Shown: piece after piece, positions 48,440 to 62,163 of the stretch
Numbering within the stretch: the first letter of the stretch is position 1
Layout of the letters: every line of letters starts with the position of its first letter
Source of the DNA: Bispira polyomma
Taxonomy: Eukaryota
Length of the DNA: 64,000 nt
Direction of reading: 5' to 3'
Assembly (NCBI GenBank): GCA_965649765.1
Contig: OZ287750.1
Coordinates: forward strand, 87,854,001 to 87,918,000
Position numbers and translations under genes: made by a program
The notes under the pieces: model-generated
Database searches by the model: none
Seen by the model: the letters and a program-made list of their open reading frames with translations, nothing else
What the model was told of the DNA's origin: nothing

Positions 48440-51400
48440 CAGGCAAACAACTCTGTTTATTAAAAATTATGGGGAGAAAGACACACTGTTTGTAATTTGA
48501 ATTCACCGATTTATTGTGATGGGTGAAATGGATACAATGGTCCAATATTTCATGCATAAATTAGATTAAGTCTGTATGTATTGTTTATAAGTTTGTCTTA
48601 AAATGTCAAGGGTTTTGGTGTGTTTTTAAACAAACATTAATGCCTCGCTAGATATTTTCTTCTTCTTGATATTTTCGTCATTGTCCTTTGAAATGCCTTT
48701 AAATTAACTACTATATTTTGGTATTATTCTCGCCATTATTCATATATATTAACCTCTTATCGAAAAGTTAATATAATGTCCACGTCTTTGTTTTGGTAAA
48801 AATGATGTTTATTTTGCAGATGACGAATATATCTAAATAATAATAATAATAATATACAAGATTTTAATGGCGCCATATCCATTCATAGAAATGCTCTAAT
48901 GCACTTTACAAACATTGAGTAAAAATAAATATATAAGACAGTACAATAAATATCGAAGAGGATATTAAGACGACAATTATCGGTAAAATAATTTCACGTT
49001 TATACCTTTTTTAATTTTGTCAACAGAAATTTATTGTTTTACCGATGTAAATTAATTACTTGTATTCAAGGAGCTTAAAGTCACAATACAAATGACGAAA
49101 ACATGCTAGTGCACTATACATAAGCGTATTTGCTTTAATTGCTATTTTCGGGACCTTGATGAAGTTCTGTTAATTGCTTCCTTCAAATGTTATACACTAA
49201 CAAAAGACAAGTTTAAATGGTATTTTGGTATTTTCGGTGCTTTCTTCCAAGGTAAATGGGTACATATAAGGTAATATATGTTGGCGATTCTTGCTGAGTC
49301 AAAGGTCAGTGATATCCTTATATGGAAGTTGGCTCTCCAGGATAACAGATGGCTTCATTTAAATAAAATTCTTCCATTTTCGCTGATATACACGTGCTTC
49401 ACATCCGAGGTATACATTATGCAGCAGTAAATCACATCAGCCACAAATTTTAACAGTTTATTGATGAAACTTCATTAAAGAGTGATGAAATTTATTCAAA
49501 TATAAACTTAAAATAAATATTGGAGGCCGTGATTTAAACTTATTTTCGTTGCCGTGGAAGAAAGTTAAATATTAGAGTAAATAACACAGTACGTACATGA
49601 ATTAAAGTAAGGGAAAATATATAAAAAAAAGGCGAGAATTTAAATCTAATACTGTCAGTGAAATAAATAGAACTTTAATTGACCGACCGGCCGTAAAATA
49701 CCCCCATGTTTATTTTACTAACAATTGACGACATAATAGACACTTCGAATATAATGTTTAATAAAACAGTACTTAATTAAAGGCAAGAGGATATCGGTCG
49801 GGTCGCCGATCAATAAGGGAAAGTGTAATACATCGATCATTATCTTATTTCATCTACTTGACGAAAAATATCTACCGATGCAGTAGACATTCCTCTGGTA
49901 AAATTACGATATAACACTGGACATCGTAACCCTTATACTTTTAGGATTATATAACACCCAGTGGTGCATGTAATATGCAATTAAATCATGTATCCAATAG
50001 TTTTTAAAGTGGCCACAATATGCCATATCTGACACGGGTGGCAATATTACTAGTGGCAAAATTTGACGTACGCCGCAGTTGACACTTTTAAACTGAAGAC
50101 AATACCTATACTTTTACTGTCCTGATTTTAAGTTGACCTCAAAGTGTATTCCCTAATGCTAACTGCACTCTTATTTTTATATAAACTATAAGACATTTGT
50201 ATATAATTATAACCACAGTGTTTAAGTCAATGTAAATATATATTAAAAAAATACGAAATGAATTTGTGAATCACATCTAATATGTAAATAATTAAATACA
50301 AAATGTTGATTTTAATACTCACATCTTCAGGTAGTGGATATTCCACTTTATATAAAGTACGCTATTATATATCTTCCGAGATTAACCATATATCATATAC
50401 TAACTTTATAAACCATGTACACGACTATATATATACATGTGTATGTCCTTATAAGGGGGGCAACCTTATATAGCTTTCTGCACCAACAAAACATGTGGTC
50501 TATAGATCCTAAACATGGTCTGGCATCAGGCTTCGTTGAAAGCTCACACGGAAGACTGACCTTAATGGGAGTGGAAACCACAGGTCATCTTTTTGGAGTC
50601 TGCTTGAATTGTCCACCTCACAACGAATGACAAAATAATTTAAAAAAACATACTCCCACCAAAATCCTCCTGGGGAAATAGGGGGGGGAGGGGTATGTTT
50701 TTTTACAAAATTATTTTGTTTTTTATGGTGACATCTATTGTACATAACTACATTGATAGGTTATTGTTATGTCATGCATTTTATATGTGTACGATCGATA
50801 AATATAGTAAATTACAAAAATACGTTAATTGACGAACAGAAATATAATCAGACATGTACATCTTAGAATTTTGTCTCAAGACTATAACTCATGAACAAAC
50901 TTTATAACTATATTTACTTTTTGAGTGATTACACACACTGATCATTATATCAATAACTGATGGTTTCTGAACCTAAATCTTGCTTTTATTTTTTTTAAAT
51001 ATGTAGAACAGATATTTTGTAGCACTGAGCTTTTACCAAAGAAGTAAATTTCGTCTTCTATATGGAACATACAAAATGTCACTAAAGTCTTCAATTTAAC
51101 TTGACCTGTGTGTATCTGTCTAACACAATTTCAAATGGTAATTAGATACCAATTCTTAACACTGACCAAATAAAGAGCTTTTAGGTTCAGAAAATTATTG
51201 TATATACCTCTCCGGTTTCACGTTTTGCTTTATGAGAGCACTTTTGGTTTATATTGGATGTTTGACTGTCATTTGACTGTCATTTCTCATGCATCACAGT
51301 TATATAAGATATACAGATATACACGTTATACAGTATACCAATATACCCAGCCCTAAAATTGGATTTTAACAGTGCTTTCAACACATTGTATAGCTCATAT

Positions 51401-53673
51401 CACGATAGGCAGTTTCAGTGCTAGAGGAAACCAGTGTATACTAGTTAGACACAATTCTACACTGTAAACCAAAAGTCAAAGTTTAGGGTTTTACGTCCCG
51501 TTTAACAGCCAGGGTAAAATTGGGACAGGCCCATAGCATTTGTCACTTGTGGGAGTCGATACACTGTAAATCAGCGACCATCGGCAAGTAACTGCCAACT
51601 TTTCCACTTAAAGTCCAGCCGAGATTCGAACCAGGATCATAGAGGTGGGATGCACTTACGGTACACTGAGACCGTAAAAGTTTTTAGTGATAAACAAAAA
51701 ATAAACCCCAATAGGCACGGGTGACAACATAACTCCCTAGTTGAAGGTAAAAGTATGGCAACTTAGATCTCCTCCAAGAGGCTTAATCAAAATGCAGTCT
51801 TATTTCTTTAATTCAAAACTTAATTACTTCTTTAAAGATGATGCCTTCCACACTCCCCATAGATATGTTAAAAATATTTAGTCAGTTCACTATTTTCAGG
51901 ACTAAAAACAAATTCTCAGATTGCATTGAAAAAAAAATCTTGTGACACTAGTTGGGCAATAGCCCATCTTAAGATTGGCCAAATGGGAGGTTTGGCTCCA
52001 ACAAGAACATTAAATTTTCAGTTTACTCTTTTTATCTGACCATCAATCACTAACAAAATAAAAGGTCTTAACTGACACCACTAAATGTACCTATATACAG
52101 ATAAATTGTTCTTCTGCTGAAATTGGAATGACAAATATGACAAAAATCTGTTTTACAGTTGCCACATATTAAAACCCAGCATTTTTACAGAGCCAAAGAA
52201 GTACAAACCCAGACTATGTTTACAGTGAAAACTAGCACTTAAATCCCCCCCTTGAAATTTGTTAAAAAGCGAACATAGCAAGGTTGAAAGTAAAATTAAA
52301 CTTCACCAACTTATGGAACCAGTTAAACTTCTAACAACTTATATATAATCTACATACTGTAAAACCACTCTATTTTTCAAACCTGAAACCGTATTCACAA
52401 AAGGTCTTAGTCTTAAATTATATAGGACTCCTGACTGTTAGTATTTAGTCTCTTAAGATCAAAGTTAACACACTAAGCAAAAATCTTTTATTACTGTCAC
52501 TGGGATTAAGACAAAAATGTTTACCTCTTCGGCCATAATCAAAGATAAATATTTTAAGTTGAAGATTAAATAAGGCCAAAGAACTTTTTGTGGATGCAGT
52601 CCTTGCGATTATATTTAAATAATTGATAATGTTATGAAAACACCTTCATTGTTCTACTGTTTTGTATCGAAATGTGTTTTCTTATATTTTATGAATCTTC
52701 TATTATCCAAACAAAATCTGGCTCTCCCGCCCAGGTTCAAATGATGGAGGTATTACTGTATTTTACAAAATTGAAACAAAACACACACAACAAGAGTTAG
52801 CCTTTTTTTAAAAAAACACCAGCGCACAGTGTGAAACACACTAACGTTAATATGACCACTACATACTCAGGCAAATCTGACCCCCCCCCCCCCCTCATCC
52901 CAGTTTGTATGGGTCGATTGCTTCCAAAAAATGCATGAAGGCATTGCATATTATTTCCACTATGGCGGCGCCCTTTTTAGAGTGAAAACAATATCAGGCT
53001 AGGTCTAATAAAAACACCAAATACACCCTGGGATGGGTTGGTTAGTATAAGGTCATCCATAGAACCAACAATAGGGAGGGGGCGGTTGGTGACCTAGTGT
53101 CCTGAACCACCCATCCAAAACAACCATGTATCCCCATTAGGTCATCGTTTATGGGTATATATCTTTTACTATCCCCTCCACCACCAATGTTATTATTGTT
53201 CATTAATAAAAACCAGACCAATACAGGGCTAATATGGGAGTTGTGTGTGCAGTAGTATAGTGTGATATACTTCAAATTACCCTGACAGACCTGAGCAGGG
53301 AGAATATCCTCATTATCTTCAAATAATGGTACAATATCCTCCATATCGCATTTTACCCCCATTTTAAAATGTACAGGGAATATCCTCCTTGCTAGAAAAA
53401 AATGGTACATGCTGCAGCATACTCGAATTATATTATATTATATTAGGAAACTTCTGCACTATGAGGAGACCCATTATTTTTTCATAAGCAATGCAAAAAC
53501 ATGGCTGTATCTCTATCATTTTTAACGAATCATTTTTAATCCGTTTCAAATCGGTCCCTAGTGGTATCGGCACATTATGAAAATGAGGTGCCTGTCTCAT
53601 GTGTCGGCTGGTATGGCAATTAAGCGCTATAAAAGTTAGATTATATTAGATAGTATGTCCTATTCCACAAGTA

Positions 53674-54747
53674 CCGGTGTAATGCAAAATACTGACTCCC
53701 ATCAAAATACTGACTCCCCTCTTTGATCTATTAGGGGAGTCATTATTTGGCAAACAGAATTTGCACTCCCCCACAATAGGTGATTAAGGGAGTCAAATTA
53801 TGGCAGCCAAATACACACTCCCATGTCAAATACTGACTCACAGGCCTTTTTAACACTGATATGCCCTATCAGTGATTGCAATTAGTGTTTGGATTGGTTG
53901 ACTTTTGATTATTATTGTGGGGTTCAGTGTTTAAATTGTGATTATTGTGATCTACTCATCAGTAAGGGAAATGCACAAATTGTTGTGGAATTAGTAACAT
54001 TTATTAATGAGTATACAATAAATCAACAATACAACACTGCATTTAGTGGATATAAACTTATTAAACATTAAATAATCATTTACATTAATAATATACATGT
54101 GAAAAAGTAATAGGTAATTAGTAACATTACAGCTGGTAATCATGACCACCCTTGGATGAATGGAATTAAATAGGAAGCCACAGTTCTAAATTGATTTGTT
54201 TGATCTAACTAGTGTGTGATAAAATAGCTTAACTTACGTTAGTGTTGGTAATTATGTCCACCAATAAAAAAGTGAGTGAATGCTAAATATTACTAATATC
54301 TCCAATATGTTAATTAAATTAAAAATAATTAATATAAAGTAATAAATAACATCATCTATATTCCTTTTTATGTTTGTTTGTGAAAAGAAAAAGTTCACTG
54401 AATGCTAGATGTATACAAAATATAGTTTATGTGCCTATGCAGTTTAAATAGACAAATAAAATATCACTGAATGATATTATTGAAATGTAATTTGAATTAG
54501 TATTTATATAATATCGTAGGTTAGACTAGTTTTCCCTTTTATTCTAATCCCTTAACAAAAGCTTGTACATAATCCCCTAAACAATAACCCCCAAGCCCCC
54601 ACCCTAATCCTATTATCAATGATTTGCTCCAGGGGAGTCAGTATTTTGCAGGGGAGTCAGAATATAGCAACCCCCCCCCCTTCCCCTTGCAAAATACTGA
54701 CTCCCTAGTGACAAATATAGGGGAGTCAGTATTTTGCGCCACACTGG
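53674..54747. mobile_element. Non-autonomous TIR element with subterminal repeats (caaaatactgactccc)
   Basis: ccggtgtaatgcaaaatactgactccc at the left end; the right end is its near reverse complement. Several direct and inverted copies of the motif at both ends. No clear TSD. Confidence 0.7.
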
Positions 54748-57700
54748 GGCAATGACTTTCCGTTTCTTGTGGAAAGATGAAAAATTGTTACAGCCATCAA
54801 TGAGATTTTTTACCAGGCCTGTTGTTGTATATATATTTTTATGTTGTAAATTTTATACTTTAACCCTTTAAAAAAAAGTCGAACACAGGTTTTGGCATGG
54901 AATTTCTCCTTTTTTTTAAAATTAACCAAGTGCTAATTTACCGTAATGGACTCTTATAGACAATGTATCAGTTAACGTCCTCCTGTAGGACCGGTGTGAA
55001 TTTCTGCCTATGTACTTACCTGTGAATCTCTGCTACTCTTCATTGGTCTCTTATATCTCTACTAAACTTTCTAGCCTGTTTTAGGCTCTAATTTTTTTTA
55101 TTTCAAACTCATATTAAACTTGTTAAACAATTGCGTAGACATCCATTGTCCTATCTAATTGTATTATTTTCTATTATTAATAATTTTTATTCTATCATTG
55201 TCATATGTGATGATCAAAGAAAATAAAAGAATTTACATGAGATTGATTCGACAATGAGCTATAATCGCATTTTTTTAATGTGAAAGTGGAGGTGCAACTA
55301 TGACATTCCGAGCTTAATTATAAAAACCTGTTATCTATTTAGAATGGTAGCCTAAGTCAAAATCACTGTATCATCAGGCCATATTTGCATAGTTTTATTG
55401 ATTTACAAATAGTTATTTGGGCTCATTATTTCATTGAGAAATTTCACATGACGTAGTTTAGATTTGATATGGGGATATATCATATCACCTAAACCATTGG
55501 GTCTGCTTATCAATTATATAAGAGTGAACTAAATGAAACAGCAATGAAGGGCCACATATTGTATTAAATTGTTGTCTTTATAACCCATTAAATGCAACAG
55601 CATGTCGTAAATTACTAATCATTACAACATCCCTGAATACATTTTCAATACATCTGAAATATTTCCGGGTTTTATTGACTTTTCCTTTTTTCAGCAATAA
55701 AATTGAAATCAAAAATCTGTTTAACAAAAAACATTATTCAATTTTGCAAATACAATTTATTAAATTGCAAATACATGTATGTATTTGCATAGACGACTTA
55801 CTTAATCGCAAATTTGAACGAGACCAAATTGTTCTTTTGACTTAATAAATTAATATATTACCTTGCAGATATGAGTTATTAAATTTTACTTGTAAATATT
55901 GTTTTTCGCTTTTCCCAAGAACAAATTAGGTATTTTGACAGGTGTTTCTGACAATTTCCTTTAAATTATACAAATGTATCATTATCAGTCATATTTACAA
56001 ATGTAGCATGGGTAAATATAAAATACTGAACAAATTTTGTCTGACACCTCTATTCTTTATCCTCGACAGCTTGTAAATAACATGCTTGACATAGTCTTTG
56101 TTTAATTTTTAAACATCTGTAGGTACGTGAAACTGTATCACAAATTATGTTAAGGTGTTTTAAAAATTGTATAAAATTAGTATAAAATTAACAGGAGTTT
56201 TCAAATCCTGCTAAATTCCAGGCATCTTGACTTCATTGAAAAAAATCAGCTTTTAAAATCGGTTATATGTGGAAAACACTGAAATCGCCTGCCAGCTGTT
56301 TGCTCAATCATAAGTCTACTTCATGGATACAGAGGCGCTAACACGACAAATCCAAAAGTCTTTACCCCAAAATGCTATTTCAATGTTTTGTTTTAATGTT
56401 AAAAACTCCCACCATTTTTTTAATGTAGGGTTCTCGCTGTTCTGGAAAAGAGAGACAGTAACAGAAGATTAGAAACTCGCCTTTTAACACAGGTAACTCT
56501 ATGTATAACTCCATAAACTTCAGCTTCCTCCCTCAACCATTTGCAGGGTAATAAACTTTCGACTCATGTATATATCACTCACCCGGGGGACTGCAATACT
56601 GGTATATATCCTCTGACTTGCCTTTATCAATATGAATTCACATTATATCCTTATATTAATGTATATTTGTGTCTATTACCTTGACACAACTAAAATCTAA
56701 CTATATATATTTGAGCTCTTCACTTAAAGCTTTACTGGTGCTATAACAGTTAAGGCCCACCAAAAATAATTATCAATAATTATACTGTATGCCCTGAAAA
56801 AAATAATGTTTATGTTTTTACATCAAGAGCACCACGATCGATGACCAGGCATCCTTTATAAAAGAGTTCATGATCAGAGTTAAGTCGTGACAAGCAGATG
56901 AACGTTAAGACGGAAAAACGAGTTGATAAAAATGTGTATTGAGCTTTTTCCTTGAACCCTGTAATCCAATTTTTAGTTTGAAGACTAGTAGGGAGGCTAT
57001 TTCACTCAACAGGTGCTGCAACTATGAATGATTGTGAAGCAGCCAGTTTTCTGGGCAAGAAGATATTGGTTAATATCTCCGAGATTCATTGATATTTTAA
57101 CACGAATAATGTAGAATTCAAAACAAAATGACGCACTACTAAAGGGATGAGTATATTGATAACATATTCAAAAGAAGGCTTTAAAAAGGCTTCTTTGAAA
57201 TCAAACAATGCATGTGCCTAAACTGTGTTGGGTGAGTCACAGCTGTTACAGCACCAGTATTAAAGGTAATGGCAGCCTTTTAAAGGAAACCAATTTCTTG
57301 TTTTATTCATTTATGACAGTGACATGTACAATCAAAATATAGAAAATTACAAAACAACAGATTACACATAGAAGTACCCAGCCCTATATGGGTTTTTGTA
57401 TGTTACTTAAAACATATGACAATTGACCACCACAAATATAATCGGGCATAAAATTTAGAGTTTCAGAATATTTAATTTTGAATGTTTTCACACACTGTTA
57501 AATAAATCTATAACTGATGAACCTAAAGTGCTGATTCCACTATCAAGTTCGATCGACAAAATGGGCCCAACTTTGAGATCGAGATGGTTGGGGGCAAGAA
57601 AATTAATAAAATCCATTTTTTTTGGGTGGGAAAATAAAAATACGGGGTGACCTTCTCGATTGAACTGATTGTGCCCCGTTTTGACGGGACACCCATCCTG

Positions 57701-58169
57701 ATGTAACTTTAAGGTTGTACGACTTTAAACTGAAAAGTGGCTCGACCTTCCAGACCTTGGTAGGATCGAACTTATTGACGATAGAATCTGACGGATCACC
57801 CTACGATCGAATGTACTGGGTATACAATTTTACGGATTGATGATTCAGACATAAAGGATTGAACGTTATAACAAGATAAGAGTGGTCCATGGACCACATC
57901 ACCAGATGACTGAGAATTTGCTTCGATTGTCGCCCACATGAATTTGATACATCAAAAACCCAATTTTAAACTAAATGAAATGGTGATACATACCTAAACT
58001 GTACTATATTTTATGTTTTCCCAAAATATAAAATCAAATTATGGTGTAAAATGGATATAAAGTTACCTTTTCATCGATCTATTATTTATATTTGTCCTAT
58101 GCGACAATGTTCTTTTGGGCACATACTAAAATTCGGCCATCAGGGGGTGCCTTCTAAAACTCGGAGCTC

Positions 58170-58310
58170 TTGGAGGTAGCTCCGTACAGAGGTAAAATTG
58201 CCTAAATCTTGGGAGGTAGATCTAAAATCGCCCAAATCTTAGGAGGTAGCTTGAAAATCCCCTAAATCGTGGGAGATAGCTTAAAAATCGCCTAAATCTT
58301 GGGAGGTAAT
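58170..58310. repeat. 30-bp tandem repeat (cctaaatcttgggaggtagc...), ~4-5 copies
   Basis: Directly visible periodicity. Confidence 0.85.
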
Positions 58311-58599
58311 TTAAAATAAACTTTTATAGTAAATTAATATTTAAGGAATTTTGTATGAATGTAGTATTATATGCATTCCAATAAATAACTAATGTATTGT
58401 TGTATTTATTCTTTATTCGATTTAGGGATTATAATATATAGTCTAGGAATTAATTTTGTATTAATGTATTATTATATGTATTATTATATTTATTCTTCAT
58501 TCGATTTGGAATTATATAATATACAGTCTAGGAATTATTTTTTAATATTTATTCTCCACAAATATTCATTTAATGACCTACAAAAATCCACCCAGAAAT

Positions 58600-59120
58600 A
58601 TAGGTGGTTTTCAAGTAGTATGAGTAGGGCGATTTTGTTCAAGATAAAGGTTGCAGACAAAAAAAAAAACAACTAAAAAATTTGACTTGTATGAATAATC
58701 TCAAAACAAAAAAAATCATATGTCCAAGATATAGGAGACTAAAAAACAACAATTAATTTGGACTTGTATTAATAACTACAAAACAGAAAAACATATGGGC
58801 ATGGCAATTTTGTCAAAAATATAAGTTGGAGACAAAATACAATTAATAATTTTTACTTGCACAAGTAACTACAAAACACAAAAAGATATAAGCAGGGCGA
58901 TTTTGTCAAAAATATAGGTTGGAGACAAAAAACAATAACTTGCCTGAATCACTACAAAACACAAAAAATATGAGTGGGGTGATTTTGTCCAAGTTACAGG
59001 TTAGAGACAGAAACCAATTAATTTTGATTTGTATGAAGAGTTACCTGTTTACCATGAAAACAAATGACCAAGGCAATTTTGTCAAAGTTAAAGGTTGAAG
59101 ACAAAGTAAAAAACAATTTT
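58600..59120. repeat. Diverged ~90-100 bp tandem repeat
   Basis: Recurring gcgattttgtc...aggttg.agacaaaa...actacaaaac blocks. Confidence 0.65.
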
Positions 59121-60060
59121 GTTAAAATTGCTAAACTAAAAAAAATTAGATTCACACCATGTTTTCTTCAACTACCTCATGCAATATTCGTTGTAGCTTA
59201 AAATTTTTGAACAGCACAAAAGATTACCTTTATGATGATACCAAAACGAAAATTATATGTAAAGTTTGGATATACATTAATTATAATTAGTGAAACCTAT
59301 CAGAAGGTACATTATAAGAGCTTCCTAGTGATACCAAAACGAACTTTTTAGAGGAAGTATTCAGATAGATACATCCATTTATACAATTCATTTTTCATGT
59401 TGCACCTTAATCAAGTTGCCGCCCTGTTCCAGGGTGGCTGAAATAGGGCGGCAATTCCGAGGTATAGTATATACTCGAATGTTTGAGTTTTAATATTAAC
59501 CCTCACATCCGGTCCCACGATCAGTAAACCTAAATAAACTCCCAAATTTGTCACATTTTCGCTTATAACTTCTATACTAGTATACGGAGTCATATACAGA
59601 ATATACAAAATATTCTGTGTGAATTACAAGGCTAAACTCCCAGCAGTTTCTGAGATTATCTTGTCGACACACATTTTTGGATCTTTATCATATATAGTAA
59701 AAAAACAGTACCCAAGAGATGTGATAAGCCCAGCTAACACTTACTTGTAGGTGTCACCTGCCATAAAAATGAAATCGGGACTGCTATACAAACGCTTTCT
59801 GACCTTATATATACCCCTTTTGAGCCCTAAAAGTTATGTAATATTGAGTAATTAATTGAGTACAATGCCAGCAATCGCCAAGAGAGAATCTTTAAGGAGA
59901 CTAGGGAATTTTCTGTTGTTTTTTTGAGTTAGAAATATGTTTCCTTATGCTCATACTACAACAACAAAGACAGGAATTGAACCCAATACCACCACCGGCC
60001 CTTTGGGCTCCCCCAGAGAAGGTCAGGCTGCCATGAATGTCACCTCTACACTGGGTCAAG

Positions 60061-60250
60061 CCCTGGATCGGGCGAAGAGAGGCCCTATATATTTGAGGAA
60101 ATCAAAAAGAGGATTACACCCATGTCAAGAGAGCCACGACTTGGTACAACCATCACAAAGTTCATATTAGAGGTGTGTAAGGACATTATCAAGGAATACA
60201 AGACTGAAAATCTGGCCTGCCAAACCACCCCCACTAACTGACTGCAGTGG
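60061..60250 (+). pseudogene. PIF/Harbinger transposase remnant
   Basis: Frameshifted PWIGRR..., PYIFEEIKKRITP..., TTITKFILEVCKDIIKEYKTENLACQTTP. Resembles the Harbinger N-terminal HTH region (TISKFIPEVC.AI..EY....CP.TP) as recalled from memory. Confidence 0.5.
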
Positions 60251-61263
60251 TTCCTCTTTTGACGCTCCAATTTCAAACCACTCAGAACTAAAAGAAAAGT
60301 TTGAAGACGGATCCATCTTGTGTGTAAACTTTTTTTGCATTCTGTATTATAGTTTTCTCTAACTTGTAAGTATAGCATATAATATGTTAAAATTAATCTA
60401 TACTTAAACTACTTTCCTTACATTTGGTTACAAATATAAAATACTGCAAGGTAAAATATATGATTTATTTATTTTATCATTTTCCCCCTTTGTATCCCAG
60501 CAGAACTGATTTGGGTGTCATACAATGATTAATTAATTTATCAAACGTTTTACTTCATTCCAAAAGAGTTTTACAGTTGGGCAGAACCAGAATAAATGAT
60601 CGATAGTTTTAGGTGTTTTGTCACAAAAGTAACATTTGTCTGAATCCTTTATTTTACAAAAAAATAAGTATAAGTATTTATTCGTAGGTAAGACTCTCTG
60701 CAATAATTTATATTGGAAGCTCCTTAATTTACTTTAAAAAACATGCGAACATCAATAATTAGTCAACGTATCTTAGTACATAGCAAAGTACTGCATTATT
60801 TAAACAATAACACATGAATCACAGGTTGTATTTAATTTTTATTTTTTCTAAATTGAAGTTTTTACAGGTAGAAAGTATAATCGATTTTCTACCGGTAGAA
60901 TTCTACCAGATTGGACTTTGTACCATGACGTACACATACATGTCATTAGAACAGTAAGATTCTGGCAAATAGATCAAATATGCAAAAGGTTATAACAGAA
61001 AAGCACCTTTACTAAATGTATAATATGTTGACCCTTCTACAACTAACCACATAGATACATGTGCTGTATATTTGTACATTAAAGCCAAATAACCAAATCC
61101 CTGTGAATGAAATTGTCACATCAACAAAAACATTCTGTCCATACTCATTGAGTTTGGACATACTCACAAATATTGCTAAAAATGGATTAGTCATGAATTA
61201 TTATGTTAGATACGACATACATTAACATTGTTTTGGCTACCACCAACTGTAATTGTATATGTA

Positions 61264-61907
61264 TGGTTGTTTTATGTTATTTCGACGCATTTATTACTTT
61301 GGCGTATGAAGACATTATGGCCGAAACTACTGAAAAATATCATAAAAATATGATGAGAAAGCTTAATTTTTTGTCTTTACTGTGTTTTTTGCATCAAAAT
61401 TCGCTTTGAAATGGCGAAAAATTTTAAGTTTAACTAGTAGTCATTTTTATTTTTGTTCTTTTACTTTCTCACTTTTGCAGAGCTCTGCCATCTAACAAAT
61501 GCTTTGAAGACTAGAGCACATGTGCTCATATAAGGCAGTATTTGATCATTTGAATTTACAGATATGTGTAAATGAAAGATATTTATTAAAACAAATATGT
61601 GTAATATAGGATTATTAGTTGGTACAATATCTATTTCCTCTCTTATGTCAAATCAATAAATTGGCAGTATAAACAACAAAATGGCGAATATGAAAGATAG
61701 AATATTCAGTTTGGCGAAAATGGTCGTCAGCACCATCAAAATTTTTTAACATATTCACTTTACTATATTAATATGCAAATGAACATTCAATGAAAATGAT
61801 TTAATGTCAATAAAATGGCTTTACTGTGGATAAAATTGTTTAATAATGAGCGGAAATGTGACCTGCCGTAAATCAGTTTAATGCATCGAAATAACATTGC
61901 ACAACCA
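61264..61907. mobile_element. 644-bp MITE with TA TSD in the 3' region of the paralog
   Basis: 28-bp TIR tggttgttttatgttatttcgacgcatt / aatgcatcgaaataacattgcacaacca flanked by TA; the empty site (tatatgTAtatatt) is at 34361-34362 in the other gene copy. Confidence 0.92.
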
Positions 61908-62163
61908 TATATATTTTCTGGTTTCCAACAATGCCAGATCCCTAGAATTTAGCTCAGATATCAATAATTCCGGCTGTCAATTGTCCGAACACTTTTGTAC
62001 AATTATAAACTTTAGAGAAATTGAGTTCATAAACTTAAATATTTTGATGACAAAAGTTTATAACATAATAGTGGTTTTCTTTTAAACTGTCTAACCACTG
62101 TTATGATCATGAAGCAGTCAACAGAAAAGTAGTAGTTCCCTCTTTGTGTCAACCTTGGGCCCT

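Noticed and set aside
50393-53410. Short ORFs at 50415-50630, 50509-50745 and 53042-53410
   Set aside because: No recognisable motifs or consistent exon chain; probably intergenic or decayed repeat sequence.
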